DNA from: an uncultured delta proteobacterium
Lineage (GTDB): Bacteria; Desulfobacterota; Desulfuromonadia; Desulfuromonadales; BM103
Length of the DNA: 64,000 nt
NCBI GenBank assembly: GCA_963751525.1
Contig: CAVVUQ010000005.1
Span: 10,153 to 74,152, forward strand
Direction of reading: 5' to 3'
In this document: positions 60,837 to 64,000 of the stretch, piece by piece
How positions within the stretch are numbered: position 1 is the first letter of the stretch
Layout of the letters: each line of letters starts with the position of its first letter
Program-made: the position numbers and the translations under genes
The notes under the pieces: model-generated
What the model was told of the DNA's origin: nothing
The model's database searches: none
What the model saw: only the letters and a program-made list of their open reading frames with translations

Positions 60837-61786
60837 TGGCGGCCGCGCCGGGCGTTCTGCTGACCGGGCCGCCGCCCGGCCCCGGCTACCTGCTCGGCGG
60901 CCGCTGCCGGATCGAACTCGACCGGCCCCGGCTGATGGGGGTGCTCAACGTCACCCCCGACTCCTTTTCCGACGGCGGGCGCTTCAGCAAAGTCGATGCC
61001 GCCCTGGCCCGGGCCCGGCGGATGGTGCGGGAAGGGGCCGACCTGATCGACGTGGGTGGGGAAAGCACCCGCCCCGGGGCGCCGGCGGTAACCGCAGCGC
61101 AGGAGCTCGACCGGGTGCTGCCGGTCATCGAGGCGCTGCAGCGCGAGCTGCCGATCCCCCTCTCGATCGATACCACCAAGAGTGCCGTGGCGACGGCGGC
61201 GGTTGCCGCCGGCGCCATGTTTGTCAACGATGTCAGCGGCCTGACCTTCGACCCGGACATGGCCGCGGCGGTGGCCGCGAGCGGCGCCGGCCTGTTTGTC
61301 ATGCATACCCGCGGACGGCCGGAGACGATGCAAGCCGACACCCGCTATGCCGACCTGGTCGGCGAAGTCCGGGAAGGGCTGCGGTGCAGTGTGGCCGCCG
61401 CCGTGGCGGCGGGAGTGGCGCCGGAGCGGATCGCCATTGATCCGGGGATCGGTTTCGGCAAGGACACGGCCGGCAACCTCGAATTGTTGCGGCGCCTGGG
61501 CGAGTTCGCTGAACTCGGCCGGCCGCTCCTGCTCGGCACGTCGCGCAAGAGTTTCATCGGCCGGGTGCTGGGCCAGGAGGATCCCCTGGCGCGGCAGGCC
61601 GGCACGTTGGCCACCGTGGCGCTGGGGGTGGCGGCCGGCGCGCGGTTGTTCCGCGTCCACGAGGTCGGCCCGGCCCGGGAGGCGGCGCTGATGGCCTGGG
61701 CCGTCTGCCAGGGGGCGTGGCATTCTGGAAGGTCGTTGGAGACGGACGATTGCCGAGGGAGACGACGCGGATGCTTGAACTGCTGA
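60836..61786 (+). CDS. folP: dihydropteroate synthase
   Basis: [33 protein letters not shown] and RVHEV motifs. The start overlaps the ftsH stop. Confidence 0.92.
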   Translation: MAAAPGVLLTGPPPGPGYLLGGRCRIELDRPRLMGVLNVTPDSFSDGGRFSKVDAALARARRMVREGADLIDVGGESTRPGAPAVTAAQELDRVLPVIEALQRELPIPLSIDTTKSAVATAAVAAGAMFVNDVSGLTFDPDMAAAVAASGAGLFVMHTRGRPETMQADTRYADLVGEVREGLRCSVAAAVAAGVAPERIAIDPGIGFGKDTAGNLELLRRLGEFAELGRPLLLGTSRKSFIGRVLGQEDPLARQAGTLATVALGVAAGARLFRVHEVGPAREAALMAWAVCQGAWHSGRSLETDDCRGRRRGCLNC

Positions 61787-62550
61787 GACATTTCCGGTGG
61801 ACCATCGACCTGCTCGACATTCTGCTGGTCGCGTTCATCATCTACCGGATCCTCCTGCTCATCAAGGGGACCCGCACCGTCCAGATGCTCCTCGGCCTGG
61901 CCGTGCTGCTGGTGGTCTACGTCGCCTCCCAGTTGGGCGGCCTGTTCACCCTCAACTGGCTGCTCGACAACTTCCTCTCCTCGATCATCCTGGTCATCGT
62001 GGTTATCTTTCAGGCCGACATCCGCCGGGCCCTGGTGCACATGGGGCGCAATCCGTTCTTCGCCGGCAACTCCTTCAGTGAGGAGGACCAGACGATCGAT
62101 GAGCTGGTCAAGGGGTGCACGTCCCTGTCCACCCGACGCTTCGGGGCGCTGGTGGTCATCGAGCGCGAGACCGGCATCAACGATTTCCTCGCAGTGGGCA
62201 CCGAACTCGATGCCAGACTCTCCGGAAGCCTGCTGTGCGCGGTGTTTCATCCGCAGTCGCCGATCCACGACGGTGCTGTCATCGTTCAGCGGGGCCGCCT
62301 GAGCAAGGCTGGGTGCTTCCTGCCACTGACCCAGAACCCCAATGTCAGCCCCCGCCTCGGCACCCGTCACCGGGCGGCCATCGGCCTGACCGAGCTGGTC
62401 GACGCAGTGGTCATCGTGGTTTCGGAGGAAACCGGCAAAGTGTCCGTGGTCCTCTCCGGGAAGATGACCCGCGACCTCGACCCCATCACCCTGCGCAAGG
62501 TGCTCAGACGCCTGCTGGAGCCGCGCCGCGCCGCGGCCGGGAAGCGTTGA
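61771..62550 (+). CDS. cdaA: diadenylate cyclase CdaA (DisA_N domain, membrane-anchored)
   Basis: Three N-terminal TM helices, then HDGAVIV and GTRHRAA motifs. Confidence 0.9.
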   Translation: MLELLRHFRWTIDLLDILLVAFIIYRILLLIKGTRTVQMLLGLAVLLVVYVASQLGGLFTLNWLLDNFLSSIILVIVVIFQADIRRALVHMGRNPFFAGNSFSEEDQTIDELVKGCTSLSTRRFGALVVIERETGINDFLAVGTELDARLSGSLLCAVFHPQSPIHDGAVIVQRGRLSKAGCFLPLTQNPNVSPRLGTRHRAAIGLTELVDAVVIVVSEETGKVSVVLSGKMTRDLDPITLRKVLRRLLEPRRAAAGKR

Positions 62551-62552
62551 CC

Positions 62553-62942
62553 ATGTTCCGTTTTTTCACCGAAAATCTGGCGCTCAAATTGCTCTCCCTG
62601 GCCTTTGCCATAATCCTGTGGTTCTTTGTCATGGGCGAGCAGCGCCACGAGGTGGCCCACGTCGTCACCGTCGAATACCGTAATCTCCCCAAGGGGTTGG
62701 TCATCGCCAGCGAGGTTCCCGACGCCGTGGCCGTGACCCTGAGCGGGCCGCGCGCCCTGCTGGTCCGTCTCGGCCCGGAACAGCTCAGCCTCCCCTTGGA
62801 CCTTGCCGGCCTCAAGCCGGGGGTGACCTCGTTCAAGCGGCTCGAGGAGAATCTGAAAGCTCCCGGCGGGCTGGTCGTGACCCGCATCTCGCCGGCCACT
62901 ATCGATATCCGCCTGGAGCGGGTGCACGAGGAGAATCGATGA
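62553..62942 (+). CDS. YbbR-domain protein (CdaR-like), short form
   Basis: 129 aa with an N-terminal TM and one YbbR-like repeat ([14 protein letters not shown]...). Sits between cdaA and glmM. Confidence 0.7.
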   Translation: MFRFFTENLALKLLSLAFAIILWFFVMGEQRHEVAHVVTVEYRNLPKGLVIASEVPDAVAVTLSGPRALLVRLGPEQLSLPLDLAGLKPGVTSFKRLEENLKAPGGLVVTRISPATIDIRLERVHEENR

Positions 62943-64000
62943 CCAGACAACTTTTCGGCACCGACGGTGTGCGCGGTGTCGCCAACATCCATCCGATGAC
63001 CGCCGAGACCGCCCTGCAACTCGGCCGGGCCGCCGCCTACCTGTTCAAGCACCGCGACCGGCGCAGCCGCATCGTCATCGGCAAGGATACCCGTCTCTCC
63101 GGCTACATGCTGGAAAGCGCGCTGGTGGCCGGCATCTGTTCGATGGGGGTCGATGCCCTGGTGATCGGGCCGCTGCCGACGCCGGGGATCGCCTTCCTCA
63201 CCGCGTCGATGCGTGCCGATGCCGGGGTGGTGATCTCCGCCTCGCATAACCCCTACCAGGACAACGGCATCAAGTTCTTCGCCCGCGACGGCTTCAAGCT
63301 CCCCGACGAGGTCGAGGCCCGCCTCGAGGAAATGGTCTTCACCCCGGCATCGATCGACGCCCTGCGGCCGACCGCCAGCGAGGTCGGCAAGGCCTTCCGC
63401 ATCGACGACGCGGTCGGGCGCTACGTGGTCTTTCTGAAGAACAGCTTCCCGAAGGAGTTCGATCTGGTCGGGCTGAAGATCGTCCTCGACTGCGCCCACG
63501 GCGCCGCCTACAAAGTGGCCCCGGAAGTTTTCACCGAACTCGGCGCCGAAGTCATCCCCTTCGGGGTCAAGCCGAACGGCACCAACATCAACGCCGGCTG
63601 CGGCTCGATGCACCCGGAGGTGATCGCCAATGCGGTGCGCGAGCACGGGGCGCATCTGGGAATCGCCCTGGACGGCGACGCCGACCGCTGCATCTTTGTC
63701 GACGAGCACGGCTGGGAAGTCGACGGCGATCATATTCTGGCGATCTGCGGCACCCAGATGCTGGCCCAGGGGCGCCTGCCGCAAAAGACCGTGGTCGCCA
63801 CCGTGATGTCCAACATCGGCCTCGATATCGCCATCCGGCGGGCCGGCGGGCAGGTGGTCAAGACCGCCGTGGGCGACCGCTACGTGGTCGAGGAGATGCG
63901 CCGCCACGACTACCGCCTCGGCGGCGAGCAGTCCGGGCACATGATCTTTCTCGATCACAACACCACCGGCGACGGGGTGATCACCGCCCTGCAGATCCTG
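62939..64000 (+). CDS. glmM: phosphoglucosamine mutase, 3' end outside the window
   Basis: Hand-translated [21 protein letters not shown], with the phosphoserine loop [15 protein letters not shown]. The frame is open to the window end, so it is absent from the ORF track. Confidence 0.93.
   Translation, partial: MTRQLFGTDGVRGVANIHPMTAETALQLGRAAAYLFKHRDRRSRIVIGKDTRLSGYMLESALVAGICSMGVDALVIGPLPTPGIAFLTASMRADAGVVISASHNPYQDNGIKFFARDGFKLPDEVEARLEEMVFTPASIDALRPTASEVGKAFRIDDAVGRYVVFLKNSFPKEFDLVGLKIVLDCAHGAAYKVAPEVFTELGAEVIPFGVKPNGTNINAGCGSMHPEVIANAVREHGAHLGIALDGDADRCIFVDEHGWEVDGDHILAICGTQMLAQGRLPQKTVVATVMSNIGLDIAIRRAGGQVVKTAVGDRYVVEEMRRHDYRLGGEQSGHMIFLDHNTTGDGVITALQIL

Overview
This is a 64-kb, high-G+C chromosomal segment in which every gene I can support lies on the plus strand. 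Protein sequences and operon order look deltaproteobacterial (Desulfuromonadales/Geobacter-like), but that is inference only. All coordinates were counted by hand from the printed sequence, and no similarity search or computation was possible.

Layout:
- 1-31.3 kb: the full translation/transcription supercluster. It runs rpmG (3' end), tRNA-Trp, secE, nusG, rplKAJL, rpoBC, rpsLG, fusA, tuf, then the S10, spc and alpha operons to rplQ. It includes rpmJ at 28087-28200, which is absent from the ORF track.
- 31.4-43.3 kb: a tryptophan operon trpE-G-D-C-trpB2-F-B-[DEAD-box helicase]-A, followed by accD and folC. REP-like double-hairpin elements sit in its spacers.
- 43.3-49.1 kb: lptD, a comEA-like gene, ftsB, a 58-aa Cys4 ORF, argS and a SPOR protein.
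- 49.15-54.3 kb: the only accessory region. An integrase-less island sits in initiator tRNA-Met, bounded by 61-bp direct repeats. It carries hipBA and a low-G+C three-lipoprotein cassette, one gene of which has an in-frame TAG. A decayed type I R-M locus follows (hsdS fragment, four-helix-bundle protein, hsdR stub).
- 54.4-64 kb: a PAS hybrid histidine kinase, DUF423, tRNA(CAT), tilS, ftsH, folP, cdaA, a ybbR-like gene and glmM (runs off the window).

Other observations:
- Four conserved housekeeping genes (trpE, trpG, argS, ftsH) each carry a single-nucleotide frameshift as sequenced.
- A 9-bp-periodic GWCC repeat occurs in the rpoB-rpoC spacer and again around and inside the four-helix-bundle gene.
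- EF-Tu and L24 carry unusual Cys4 motifs.

I found no rRNA, CRISPR array, IS element, integrase or clearly novel multi-gene system. The long minus-strand ORFs in the track are antisense shadows of plus-strand genes.
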